Origin: Thermoproteota archaeon
GTDB lineage: Archaea > Asgardarchaeota > Njordarchaeia > Njordarchaeales > Panguiarchaeaceae
Assembly: GCA_024720975.1 (NCBI GenBank)
Contig: JANJXX010000003.1
Span: forward strand, 64,001 to 128,000
Reading direction: 5' to 3'
DNA: 64,000 nucleotides
In this document: positions 41,568 to 53,000 of the stretch, piece after piece
How the letters are laid out: every line of letters begins with the position of its first letter
How positions within the stretch are numbered: the first letter of the stretch is position 1
Notes under the pieces: generated by a model
Seen by the model: only the letters and a program-made list of their open reading frames with translations
The model's database searches: none
Told to the model about the DNA's origin: nothing
Translations under genes and position numbers: made by a program

Positions 41568-42473
41568 TTGGAGCTTTCAGTTATAATTCCGACGCTTAAT
41601 GAGGAAAAAAACATAGGTTATGTGCTCTACAAGATACCTAAGCAAGTCTGGGAGATGGGAGAAGTCATTGTTGTTGATTCGTCAAGAGACAAAACTCCAG
41701 TTATAGCACAAAAGTTCGGTGCAAAAGTAGTGAGAACGCCTCCTAAAGGTAAGGGTCATGCCATGAAAATTGGAGCTCAGGAGGCTAGCGGGGATATTCT
41801 AGTATTCATGGATGGAGATAGAACAGATCCTCCCGAATACATACCACTAGCGGCTGAAGCTGCTAATGAATACGATGTTGTGATCTGCGCTAGAAATCCT
41901 GATCACAAACGAGGTAGCTATCGATACAGGTTATTTTCATACGTTTATATGCCCCCGCTCTGCAGGCTATTTCGCGAAATAGGCTTTGAAATACGAGGCG
42001 ATCCTCTTGCCGGTTTCAGAGCTATGAGAAAAAGTATCTGGAATAAACTCAAACTGAGATCTAACAACTTTCTCATCGAAACTGAAATGAATATCAAGAT
42101 TTTGCTCCTTGGATTAAGCGTTCTAGAAATACCTATACCGACTTTGCCGAGAGGCAATGGTATCCTAAAAAGCAAATTCATCAGAAGCTTCGACCAGCAG
42201 ATGCAGATCATAAGAACTCTTCTCTATCTTAAGAACTCAAACATTTTGCCCAGATTGAGCCGAGCCAAATTTACGTTCTTAAGTGAGGAACTCCTGAATA
42301 CGTTCAATGAGGAAGAACGCCTAATAATCGAAGAGGCACTTCTAGGAAGGCTAAGAGCGCATATATTCTGCTCCAAACTACCAACTCCATCAGGCTATGG
42401 TGGATACTATGGAGACTTCCTCATAAATTACATTAACTTTCAAGGATTCAATCAAAGATTGAAGATTTGCTAA
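41568..42473 (+). CDS. GT2 glycosyltransferase (DPM1-like)
   Basis: SVIIPTLNEE, VVD, GKG, MDGD, GFRA, IETE. Confidence 0.9.
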   Translation: MELSVIIPTLNEEKNIGYVLYKIPKQVWEMGEVIVVDSSRDKTPVIAQKFGAKVVRTPPKGKGHAMKIGAQEASGDILVFMDGDRTDPPEYIPLAAEAANEYDVVICARNPDHKRGSYRYRLFSYVYMPPLCRLFREIGFEIRGDPLAGFRAMRKSIWNKLKLRSNNFLIETEMNIKILLLGLSVLEIPIPTLPRGNGILKSKFIRSFDQQMQIIRTLLYLKNSNILPRLSRAKFTFLSEELLNTFNEEERLIIEEALLGRLRAHIFCSKLPTPSGYGGYYGDFLINYINFQGFNQRLKIC

Positions 42474-42501
42474 GTTAGAAGCATCTAATTGCTACCACTC
42501 T

Positions 42502-43197
42502 TTATGCATCCAAAATTTTCTCCAACTGTTTTGTAGACGACTTCTCATCGCTTCTCATAGCCATATACATGATTCCTATGATAAGCCATATTGTTGCAAG
42601 ATCTGCAATAAGGCTATTATTACCAATAGTATTAATGAACATCTCAGAGAAGAATATTATAGCGGCAATTAATATTAGTTTTCCAAAGAAACATGGAATG
42701 ATACTCCTGAGAAATCCAAATCTAGCAAACCCCAGTGGCACCAAGATTACATCATCTGGTATTGGAGTCATAGCCGCAAAAAATACGGCCGAGCAAACTT
42801 TCCATTTGTTTCTTTCTAGCACTTTTCTCAATTTTAAGTAGAATGCTTCATGTTTCTCTGTAATCTTCCTTCCTAGAGCGCCTAAGACATAACTAGACAT
42901 CTCCCCAATGGCCGCTGCTGACGCCGCTACAATTGCAAGAATCACTAAGTTTACGCTCGATTGAGCAGCATACATTAATACGAGAGGATAGGGGATTACT
43001 ATAAGCACACTAGCATTGCTTATGATTGTTACGATAAAGACAATTAAATAAATTGTCATTGGGTCTGCAGATTTGATAATGTCTAAAAAGTACTGTGATA
43101 TTGACATGCCGTGGTACATTGACGGATCATACAGGTTTATGCCTATTAAAACAAACGAGATAGCGAATCCAATCAGTAGCAATAGATTAGGCTTCAT
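42502..43197 (-). CDS. DedA/VTT-domain membrane protein
   Basis: AIGEMSSYVLG, TPIPDD, FFGK. Confidence 0.85.
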   Translation of the reverse strand: MKPNLLLLIGFAISFVLIGINLYDPSMYHGMSISQYFLDIIKSADPMTIYLIVFIVTIISNASVLIVIPYPLVLMYAAQSSVNLVILAIVAASAAAIGEMSSYVLGALGRKITEKHEAFYLKLRKVLERNKWKVCSAVFFAAMTPIPDDVILVPLGFARFGFLRSIIPCFFGKLILIAAIIFFSEMFINTIGNNSLIADLATIWLIIGIMYMAMRSDEKSSTKQLEKILDA

Positions 43198-43404
43198 TCA
43201 ATTCACTTTGATATTTTGGAACAAAGATTTAAAACACTTCTAGTAGAAAGTTTTCACTATGCACATTTTAAGTCTCTAGTGATTCTTACTTTAAAAAATT
43301 TAAAAACTATGGCTTAATCACTGGATCATTTTGGTGGCTTAATTACCCTAATTAAAGAAGAACCTCAGAAATAAAAGTTAGTAATAGGCTTGATGCTCTA
43401 AATT

Positions 43405-45597
43405 TTATAACCACAACAATACAAACAACGCACCAAAGACTATAGCGACGTTATTGACCAGTTTTAGGACTATATGTATACTTGGACCTGCCGTATCCTT
43501 TAAAGGATCACCAACGGTATCGCCTACAACAGCTGCTTTGTGCGTGTCTGTGCCCTTCATACCTAACCTCTCTAGGTATTTCTTGGCATTATCCATTGCC
43601 GCACCTCCTGTGTTCATAAAGAAGGCTAGGGCTATTCCAGACACTGTAACACCTAAAAGAAATCCTCCCACCGCAGTATAACCCAATGCAATGCCAACTG
43701 CTATTGGTGCAGCAAGAGATAGTAAGCTAGGTATTACCATACTCTTTTGCGCAGCCTTGGTTGTTATATCAACAACTTTCGCGTAATCAGGTTTTTCCTT
43801 CCACTCGAGTATTCCGGGTTTTTCTCTAAATTGTCTTCTGACTTCATTAATAATCTCTCCTGCAGCCGAACCTACCGCCCTGATTGCAAATGCAGAAAAC
43901 ACAAATGGCAGTATAGCACCTAACATTAGACCTATTATTATTGCAGGCTCAGCCAAATTTAGAACAATATTTTGACCATACTGTACGATTTGACCTGTGA
44001 ATTCATGAAGCGCTTTGACGATAACCTCTAAATATGCTTGAAACAGTAGTAAAGCAGCCATAGCGGCACTTCCCATAGCGAAGCCTTTAGCTAGAGCTTT
44101 TGTAGTATTCCCTGCAGCATCCAGAACATCAGCGGTCTTTCCGACTTCCTCCTCAATACCCGACATTTCTATTATACCACCTGCATTGTCAGCTATAGGA
44201 CCGTAGCCATCCATTGCTAGTATAATACCTGTCAGCGAAAGCATTCCTATTGTAGCTGCTACAGTTCCATAAATCCCTCCCAAGAATTTAGGATCAAAGA
44301 ATGCTATACCCTCTTGCACCTTGAGTGGGTAAACCTCCGCGAATTTCTGACCAAGAATGTATGCAAATATCAATGCCATAGCTACAATCACCACTGGCAG
44401 GCCTGTTGACTCCATACCAACTGATAATCCCATGTGTATATCCGTTGCTGGACCTGTCTCTGCCGCTTTAGCTATTCTTTTCACTGGAATGTGCTCGCCA
44501 GTGTAATACTCCGTGATAACTTCTATTGCTAATGCCGCCAACAGACCAGCGAGTGATGCTATATATAGGTATATACCCGCACTCCCAAACATGTAGATCA
44601 TAATGAAGTAAAACATCACCGATATAATTAATACGGACGCTATCAGACCATTTCTAAGCGATACTAATGGATTTATGAGTTCGTCCTTAGACTTTGGCTC
44701 TTTGGGTCTAACAAATAATGCACCACCTAGCGTAGCTAATAAGCCAAATGCTCTTGCCACTATGGGGAATAGTATGAAGTATACCTGTTTTGTTAGTAAA
44801 AATAGTGATGCTCCTATTATCATCGAACCTATGTTCTCTGCGGATATAGACTCAAAGAGGTCAGCACCGCGTCCGGCACAATCACCAACATTATCTCCCA
44901 CGTTGTCGGCTATTGTTGCCGGGTTCCTCGGATCATCTTCTGGAATTCCAACCTCGACCTTTCCGACTAAGTCAGCTCCAACATCAGCGCCTTTCGTATA
45001 GATACCTCCTCCTAGCTGCGCGAACAAGGCTGCAAGGCTCGCTCCAAATCCAAATCCCATTATTAGTTCCGGCACCTTGTCAAGCTTACCGAATGCTGCC
45101 CAGTATCCAAAGAATAGTATTGCAATTCCGAGTAAACTCATACTCACGACCATTAATCCTAGGACTAGCCCACCGTAAAAGGCTATTTTTAAGGGCTTTG
45201 CCTGAGATCCTCTGGCCGCTTGAGCTACTTTCACATTTGCTAGGGTTGCAACATCCATTGAAAGCCATCCTGCTAGGAGTGAGAATATTGCTCCTAGAAG
45301 AAAGGAAAATGATATGTAAGGTATTCCCGTATATATCTTTAGGTCTATTGCTAGATACACTATTAGAGCTATAACTATAGAGATCATCAGAACCGTTCGG
45401 TACTGTCGCTTTAGGTAAGCTTCGGAACCTTCTCTGATCGCCCTGTGAACTAGTATCATTCTCTCTGTGCCAGACGGCAGGGAGATTATGTACTTTCGCA
45501 AATATAAAGCTACTAATACTCCAACAACAGCAGACACAAATATTATTATGGAGAATGGATTCAGTAAGACGTCATGTAAATTGATCGAGTCAGTCAT
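43405..45597 (-). CDS. hppA: Membrane-bound pyrophosphatase, K+-independent H+-pump type
   Basis: GGGIYTKGADVGADLVGKVE, DNVGDNVGD, GNTTKA, GDTVGDPLKD. Confidence 0.96.
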   Translation of the reverse strand: MTDSINLHDVLLNPFSIIIFVSAVVGVLVALYLRKYIISLPSGTERMILVHRAIREGSEAYLKRQYRTVLMISIVIALIVYLAIDLKIYTGIPYISFSFLLGAIFSLLAGWLSMDVATLANVKVAQAARGSQAKPLKIAFYGGLVLGLMVVSMSLLGIAILFFGYWAAFGKLDKVPELIMGFGFGASLAALFAQLGGGIYTKGADVGADLVGKVEVGIPEDDPRNPATIADNVGDNVGDCAGRGADLFESISAENIGSMIIGASLFLLTKQVYFILFPIVARAFGLLATLGGALFVRPKEPKSKDELINPLVSLRNGLIASVLIISVMFYFIMIYMFGSAGIYLYIASLAGLLAALAIEVITEYYTGEHIPVKRIAKAAETGPATDIHMGLSVGMESTGLPVVIVAMALIFAYILGQKFAEVYPLKVQEGIAFFDPKFLGGIYGTVAATIGMLSLTGIILAMDGYGPIADNAGGIIEMSGIEEEVGKTADVLDAAGNTTKALAKGFAMGSAAMAALLLFQAYLEVIVKALHEFTGQIVQYGQNIVLNLAEPAIIIGLMLGAILPFVFSAFAIRAVGSAAGEIINEVRRQFREKPGILEWKEKPDYAKVVDITTKAAQKSMVIPSLLSLAAPIAVGIALGYTAVGGFLLGVTVSGIALAFFMNTGGAAMDNAKKYLERLGMKGTDTHKAAVVGDTVGDPLKDTAGPSIHIVLKLVNNVAIVFGALFVLLWL

Positions 45598-45791
45598 TCA
45601 GGACCCCCCACATAAGTCGACGATTTCATGAAATAGCTACTTAAATGCCGAATTTTAAGTGATTAGAATTTTAACGCGAACTCAATGCAGAGATCACTAG
45701 AAGCGATATTGATTATAGAAATATTCACTAAATTTTAAAGCTGTAAAATTCGTCATTGTTAGTACTGTCTTCACAATGATTAATTGTATAG

Positions 45792-47246
45792 ATGACTAAT
45801 TTGGTAAAAGAACAGCTGGGATCAACTAAGGAGATATTCACTGTAATTTCTATCGCAACACTAGCCAATTTTCTAACTGGCTTTAATGCTCGACTTGCCA
45901 TAGTTGGCTTGCCTACTATTATGTATGAATTAAGTGCTGATGTGTTCCAGCTGATATGGGTAATTCAGGGATTCATGCTTGGTTCAACTGCCATTCAGCT
46001 CATAGTTGGCAAATTAGCAGATCAATTTGGAAGAGTGAAGTTATTCAACTTCGGAATACTAGTCTTTAGCCTGGGGACTTTAGCTGCAGGCTTAAGCACT
46101 AACCCACTTTCTCTGATAATTTCTAGAATTATTCAGGGTATTGGAGGAGCATTTTTAATATCTCTGACTGTAACTATCTTAGCAGATAGTGTTTCGCCGA
46201 GCAGGCTTGCTACTTGGCTTGGCTTGAGTCAAGTTGCATGGAGAGCTGGAGCTCTAATGGGATTAACAATAAGCGGGTTCATAATAGACTATCTCGGCTG
46301 GAGATGGATTTTCTTGATACAATTACCTCTGGGTCTGTTTGCATTGACTTGGAGCCTTTTAAAACTTAGAGAAAGGTACAAGCCCTCTGAAAAACCTTTT
46401 ATAGACCTCATCGGATTCATCTCATTCACTGTAGCTATAGTTTCAATACTCCTTGGTCTGACTTTTCATGGATATGGCCTCTTAGAAGAATCGCTTTACA
46501 TTCTACTTCTCGGATTAGCCGTCATGGCATTCTTCATAATTTGGGAACTTAAGTCAAAGCATCCAGCATTGGATTTAAGAGTCTTCAAGATATGGCAATT
46601 CAGTGGTGGTATAGTATCACAACTACTTTATTCTATAGGATTTGGTGCATCATTGACACTACTTGCTATATATCTTCAATCTGTAGATGGGTTTACTCCA
46701 TCACAAACAGGACTACTACTGATACCATTTGAGCTTACCTTTCTCGTGTTTGGACTTATTGGCGGTAGACTTGCAGACGCCATCGGTTTTGCCCCCGTGG
46801 CAGCCACAGGCCTTGCCATTGGATCTATTGCACTCTACAAATTATCAACAATGAATACACTAACAGAAATACTCCTTGGGGAATTTCTACTCGGAGCTGG
46901 AACTGGCCTCTTTGTATCACCAAACACGGGCTCTATAATGAATTCTGTGCCACCACACAGAAGAGGAGTAGCCTCTTCACTCAGGACAGTATCATTTCAG
47001 ATTGGTTTCATCGCTAGCCTAAACATAGCTATTCTCTCTATGACTCAGATTCTACCTTATGAAGTTGTCTCAGCACTAATAACACATAGACATACAACCG
47101 GATTGAACAACAATCTTGGAGTTGAAATATGTAAATTATCAGGCGCTATCAAGCATTCACTTGGAATTCAAGCATTTATAATGGCACTTGGAATACCATT
47201 CACGATATCCAGACTTACTCTAAAGCGCAAAAACGTAGGTAAATAG
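45792..47246 (+). CDS. MFS transporter (DHA2, 14-TM drug:H+ antiporter-like)
   Basis: GKLADQFGR, RIIQGIGG, GWRWIF, PALDL. Confidence 0.9.
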   Translation: MTNLVKEQLGSTKEIFTVISIATLANFLTGFNARLAIVGLPTIMYELSADVFQLIWVIQGFMLGSTAIQLIVGKLADQFGRVKLFNFGILVFSLGTLAAGLSTNPLSLIISRIIQGIGGAFLISLTVTILADSVSPSRLATWLGLSQVAWRAGALMGLTISGFIIDYLGWRWIFLIQLPLGLFALTWSLLKLRERYKPSEKPFIDLIGFISFTVAIVSILLGLTFHGYGLLEESLYILLLGLAVMAFFIIWELKSKHPALDLRVFKIWQFSGGIVSQLLYSIGFGASLTLLAIYLQSVDGFTPSQTGLLLIPFELTFLVFGLIGGRLADAIGFAPVAATGLAIGSIALYKLSTMNTLTEILLGEFLLGAGTGLFVSPNTGSIMNSVPPHRRGVASSLRTVSFQIGFIASLNIAILSMTQILPYEVVSALITHRHTTGLNNNLGVEICKLSGAIKHSLGIQAFIMALGIPFTISRLTLKRKNVGK

Positions 47247-47323
47247 ATAGTTAAAGTCTTACTCTTTATGCTAATTACAATTATTAGATAATGCACCTCT
47301 AACTCGTTATATCACTACTATGA

Positions 47324-48205
47324 GTGTTCAAGGAGAGACAAATGAGAGAACGACTTTCGAGTGAGTTCGTAATTGGACTACTTTACACGATACTGATTGG
47401 TCTCATTACTATTTTCATGCTATATGTTCCAGCTATTTGGATCGCTAGTAGCTTTCTTATAACTGTTATAATTTTTGTATCACGTTTCTTAGCTGGATTT
47501 GGATTGCTCGGACTTATATTTACAGCCATACTTTACATACTGAAATACATCCCGAAGGATTACAGAAAAAAGAAGACGACCTTGGTACTCGTCCGTTTTA
47601 TACTTTGCTTGTCGTTAATAGCCTCGATAATTCTACCACTTTGGGGTTTGATTCCGATTGCTATAGGTGATGCGCATATATCACTGCCCAGCGTACTCTA
47701 TGGTTTAACCTCCTTCGTAATAACAATGTACCTAGTTCCATTGTGGCGCGAGAGAAAATTGCCAGAGGAGGAAAGAGGCTTCATTGAGTCTATAAGAGCA
47801 ACTTTCGGTAGATTTTTGAGAAAAGTGAAGAAAGGTTACTACTATTACTTTTCGAAGGATTATATAAAAGCATTTTCAGTCGATTTCATATATCTAAAAA
47901 CGCAGATAGATTCTAAACGCACTCGACTCGGAAAGCTTTTCTTTCCGCTGGTAATAGCAGCAACTGCTTACTGCCCCCCAGCTCTGGCCATTGGACTAGT
48001 GTATATTGCAAGACTTCGCAGGGAATTAATACGTATTGTCGACAATGTAGCACTTAGCATAATGCTTCTAGTCTCTCTTGTCGCACCGATGATAGTGTTA
48101 TCAGTCACGGGTTATGTCCTAATCTGGAATCTAGCATACTTTTTAGGTAGCGCACTGGCAGCAATGACTTTTGGTCCCACTGTTATCGACTTAATCAGAG
48201 GCTAA
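47324..48205 (+). CDS. Hypothetical polytopic membrane protein
   Basis: 293-aa ORF with ~7 hydrophobic segments. Confidence 0.65.
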   Translation: MFKERQMRERLSSEFVIGLLYTILIGLITIFMLYVPAIWIASSFLITVIIFVSRFLAGFGLLGLIFTAILYILKYIPKDYRKKKTTLVLVRFILCLSLIASIILPLWGLIPIAIGDAHISLPSVLYGLTSFVITMYLVPLWRERKLPEEERGFIESIRATFGRFLRKVKKGYYYYFSKDYIKAFSVDFIYLKTQIDSKRTRLGKLFFPLVIAATAYCPPALAIGLVYIARLRRELIRIVDNVALSIMLLVSLVAPMIVLSVTGYVLIWNLAYFLGSALAAMTFGPTVIDLIRG

Positions 48206-48336
48206 TTAGGGAAAGATTTTAACTCAGAGACACTAAAAGCTTAATACAGAATTGCTAATGGAAACTCGGTTACGGACAAGATTCAATCTAGTAACCATTC
48301 ATTAATATGAGAATGTCTCTATCTCGACGGCGAAAC

Positions 48337-49014
48337 TTAGATTGCGTCTGGAAGGCTTAGTAATACTCCTAGCAAATCCAATAACATAAGGAATATTCCT
48401 CCTCCAAGTAAAACAAACGAGAGTACTGATACAAAAAGATACACGCGAGCTATCAGAATTAGCCCTAGTGACAACAAAATTCTCGATGGGAAAGTTCCAA
48501 GGAAAGTGCGTCTGGCATCTACTAGTAGATACTCCTGGAGTTCATTTTTACCTTTTAGAATTTTTCTAAGGAGGTTTTCTGCTCTCTCCAGGTATTTTTC
48601 TTCAGAGTAAAATACATAAACTTCAGCTATGTGACCCTGATTTATATCTTTGGTGCTATTTAGCAGCTTCCTATGATAATCTTGAACAACTATTAGTAGT
48701 CTCTTCACTAGATTCATGCTCGACACATACTCTAACAACAAGCCAGAAGCTATTACGCCTAGGCCTATTGTTAGTGCACTTTCGTAGTCTAGGACTAAAC
48801 CCACTAGATCTAGAGTTAAGACGATGAGAATTATTACTAGGACTATTCCAGTGTACCGCTTTAGCTTATGCATTAGGGTATTAATGTCTTCTAGTTCCGT
48901 TTCTGAAATCACTAGATAACCGCGCAACTCGTCTACTTTCACTTTTGCTATACGAAGTGATAACTCGGACTCAGAGTTCAAATTCTCCTTCGTACAGAAC
49001 CCCCCGCTTTCCAC
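48337..49014 (-). CDS. Hypothetical membrane protein
   Basis: Two pairs of TM segments; start uncertain because it overlaps the upstream ORF. Confidence 0.55.
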   Translation of the reverse strand: MESGGFCTKENLNSESELSLRIAKVKVDELRGYLVISETELEDINTLMHKLKRYTGIVLVIILIVLTLDLVGLVLDYESALTIGLGVIASGLLLEYVSSMNLVKRLLIVVQDYHRKLLNSTKDINQGHIAEVYVFYSEEKYLERAENLLRKILKGKNELQEYLLVDARRTFLGTFPSRILLSLGLILIARVYLFVSVLSFVLLGGGIFLMLLDLLGVLLSLPDAI

Positions 49015-49330
49015 GGTGGTAATATTCTAATTTTAGCATGCATTTTTGGGAATTGAAAAGCTCTCGATAATAATAACGATTGATCTTGATGCGAAATTCC
49101 AAATTCGCCAGACATTGAACGCAAATTTTTTTAATTGCTTTGACTTGGAGGAATATGCTCAGCATCTTCTTATCTGTATCTACTTGCTCACGGAGGTCAA
49201 TTGTGTGACAGGGATTTGCAACATTAATGAAACCCCTAATAACTGTAAGACCGCCTATTGTCTCTAATGTTACCTGTTCTTGCACTGTTCCACACTTACT
49301 CGATAGGATTTCAAAGACGATACCACTCAT
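48971..49330 (-). CDS. Small Cys-containing beta-sandwich protein
   Basis: 119 aa; KCG, NPCH and ICVQC motifs. Confidence 0.6.
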   Translation of the reverse strand: MSGIVFEILSSKCGTVQEQVTLETIGGLTVIRGFINVANPCHTIDLREQVDTDKKMLSIFLQVKAIKKICVQCLANLEFRIKINRYYYRELFNSQKCMLKLEYYHRGKRGVLYEGEFEL

Positions 49331-49439
49331 ATGAAACCCCAGCGAAGCAGCACATAATAGCTAAACGGAAAAATTAATAAATATGTGATACTTATGCACC
49401 TGATACATCTTTAAATACTCACTGACCTTATATGTAATT

Positions 49440-49955
49440 TTGGGTGAGCTTGTGTTAAGGTTCTCTTATGATGAGTTGAAGTCATTCTTAACCGGAGCGA
49501 GGAAGGTCTCTATATTGGCTGTTGGTAACCTATTAAGAGGAGACGATGGCGTAGGTATAGTTGTGGGAAATATGATAAGAAATAGCGCTCCCGTGGATGT
49601 ATATATATGTGAAACAACACCAGAAAATTACCTGTACCGAATAGTCTCCGGAAATTATACGCACGTTATAATTATTGACTCTGCCATGGCAAATGCTAGT
49701 CCTGGTGACGTATTTTTTATTGATCACAATAAATTAGTGGAAACTACGATATCTACTCATGGCATTCCACTTTCTCTCATTGTTGAGTTTCTAGAGATGA
49801 ACAATATTAGAGTCCTGGTAATTGGCATACAACCGGAGGATACTTCTATCAGAGAAGGCTTGTCTGAGGCTGTTAGGAGGGCTGCAGTAAATCTGTCTCA
49901 AGTACTGATCAAAGCTTTTAATGAAGTTCTCAGCAAAGACCAAATCTCATCATGA
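49440..49955 (+). CDS. hycI: Hydrogenase maturation protease (HycI family)
   Basis: VGNLLRGDDGVG, PEN, IIDSA, STHGIPL, GIQP. Confidence 0.92.
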   Translation: MGELVLRFSYDELKSFLTGARKVSILAVGNLLRGDDGVGIVVGNMIRNSAPVDVYICETTPENYLYRIVSGNYTHVIIIDSAMANASPGDVFFIDHNKLVETTISTHGIPLSLIVEFLEMNNIRVLVIGIQPEDTSIREGLSEAVRRAAVNLSQVLIKAFNEVLSKDQISS

Positions 49956-50044
49956 ATCAGCGATTCTGGGGCTCATCATAGGAGTAACTCGCTAATAAGA
50001 TAAATTAATAGATTAAAGTGGGAATAAAAATATTTGGCAACTAT

Positions 50045-53000
50045 TCAGAGTTTTTGCATTTTGCGCTTCTTAATAAATAACAGTCCCACAAATACTACAG
50101 TAACTAAAATCGTTATAATCAGCGATATGAGGAATGGGCCAAGGATTATTATAGTTACTTTCATTGGCTTCCACAGATAAATGCTTCTTGATGCACTAAA
50201 GCCCCCAACACTGGCCCTTATTTCATATTCACCTAAGTCTAGTCTCTCATATTCTCTTACAATTCCTTGATAAAGGACGATTTTGCACTTTCCTTTTGGC
50301 GCATCTAGCTCATAAGTCCTTGAGTCTCTTCCAATTATCGTGACTTTAGCGAATTCGGGCTCCCTTAGATCATAGAGAACTTCGATAGTCAAGGTATACA
50401 GTATATGTATCTCGGACAGGTCTTCAGCAAATATTGGATACTCCAACAAGGTATCTATTAGCCAAATTCTCGAAAATCCATCAGCTCCCAGTGTAAAGAT
50501 TTGTGAGTTGATCACAGTAACGTTGGAGAACATCATTGCTAATATCGTTAGATCGATGAGTTCAGACGCATAAGCATCTATTCTATAGCCCATTTGTTCA
50601 TTGTAAAATTTAGTAACTCCCAGTATATTCTTAAGCTCTACGTGACCATAAACAAATACATCAACAATTCCAACTTGTGATTTACTGATGTATAGTCTGG
50701 TTCCATAGCCTGGATTTAATAGGCGCACAAAGGATGAAGAAATTTCCAGGTCGCTTGGGCCTCCTACAATGAGATATAATGATCTTGAATTATTCATCAG
50801 GATACTTGAAGACGCATTTATGAGAATTATTGACGCGCTTAAATTTTCAAGACTTACTAAAGCTCCATGAACCGTAATGTTGAGCATAGTTATCTCTACT
50901 TGACTAACACTTATGTTCCACGGCGCTCTATCAGCTATGTCAGTTGTTGTTGACTTGGGTAAAGAACCTTCTCCTAGATTTCTTAGAGTTAATCCAAGGT
51001 TAACGATGCTGAAGTTTAAACCAATCTTTGATTCATTTATAACAATGTCACCACCATATCTCATAGAGACGGAACCCACAGTACTAGACTTGATAATTAC
51101 TGTTGAGGTATACGATGAAACATCCACTTTATGTACCTTGGAGTCGCGTAATTCTAATCTCGAGAACTCCCCAACTACAAAGCTCCACCTTGATATTTTT
51201 GTATCGATAAATAATCCCCTTGAGAATAGCGGGATGTCTTCTGGGGCTGATGCTTTGTATAGATATGTTGGTTGAACCCCCTGAGCATAGGCTTCAGTGA
51301 AGATTATATATATCGATAACCCTATCTCTGACCCAACTATTGAGAACTCCGTGAGATAAGGCATGAAATCTCCAATATTTGAGTTTAATAACACGACATC
51401 ACAAAGAACCAATCGAGCTTTTTCAACGTAACTCGATGATATGTATGCCTCCGATCCTTCTGCTAGTATTTCATTTATTCTAGAATTTTCTACGAGAATT
51501 TTCGATTCCACTAGGTTCATAGTACGTATTTTGGAATTTCGTATGCTTATGTTTGAACGATATGCATCGATGCTTACCTCGAGAATCGTTGTGTTTATTA
51601 TCCTCAGGTTTTTGGAGATATCCAAGGAAATCGGCTTGTATGCCCCAACACCATCGATATTTACAACATCCTCGATCTGGGATAATCCAAGATAGAGGCG
51701 CGTAGCTGAGTTCCTAATTATCGCTGAGACGTTCGCTCCTCCTTCAAGATGCACCTCTGAGTATCCATAAACTCTACTATTTTCTAAGATCAACATTCCA
51801 TTGTAGGCAATTCCTACCGATATCACATCAGACTCGATAATCTCTAATTCAACGCGTCCATAAATTCCGAGTCCGATTGCATACCAACCAGTTATGGATG
51901 TATTAACCAACGTGAGCTTTATTGGTGTTGATGCGTTAACAAATTCGCTTAGGGTCGCATTCTCATAGTACCCAGGCCTTAGCTTTAGTCTATAACTACC
52001 CTCAAGAAATCCTAGTATTATGTTTGCTGTCGTCTTTGTCATAAAAACGTCTGATTCAATAATATATGTGTATATAGACGTAGTTTCATTGAAGGCAACG
52101 CTAGAGCCCCAGATTATTGTTATTGACGATAATTTTGAATTGTATATCACTAGTTTTGATCCGTAAATTCCCATTAAGTCGCTAACTATAACGTTTTTAA
52201 CTCTCGCTGTGGCATTGGATATGTAAAGTTGCGATAAAAGCGAATTCTCCACGGTGAATTCTCCTAGAGATAGATCTAAGATCCAAGACCCATGAGAGTT
52301 TACAACATTTATTCGCCAACTCTCATCAACATTTAGAACATCTGAATTCCAACTGGATATGTACCCAGGTTTAAGGTTGCGAATTACGGCATTTTCTTCT
52401 GATATTGCTATGTATATTGTGACCACGGATTTATCAATAAAAATGTCTGTACCACTTATTGCAGCTACAACACCTCCATAAGATGACAAGATACGTGCTT
52501 TAGCAGCATTGCCAAGGCCAGCTACGATATCAAATACCACGCTATTCAGGTTAATCTCGGCATTTCCAAGGACATAAACAGTGTTCAGAATTGATCTATA
52601 AGCATTTGTCTTAGATCCCCCCGATGCAAATATTGTATCAATTATTGACTCTACTATATCCACACTGGAATCATGTGTTACACGTACTAGTGACGCCTCA
52701 GAGGATTCAATCGATAATCGGCTGTTGTAGAAGAGATATATCCAGCCTAGGATTGAGCTTTTTACAACTATATTGCTATCGTAAGAAAGTATATCCCAGC
52801 CAAGTACATATACATTAGACAGATTTATCGACCAACCACCGCTTTTAACAAGAATCATATAATGTATATCGCCTGGCTTTAGATTCTCGATCTCCACATT
52901 TTCAAGCTTATAAACGAGACCGAACCAGATCATGCTGTCTCTTGCCAGTATGTTAGCCGAATCATAGACTCTAAGCCAGTATAGAATCTTCGACTTTTCC

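Noticed and set aside
39591-49955. nikR and hycI as parts of a hydrogenase/nickel locus
   Set aside because: They are about 9.5 kb apart with unrelated genes between, and the window has no hydrogenase or Ni-transporter genes.
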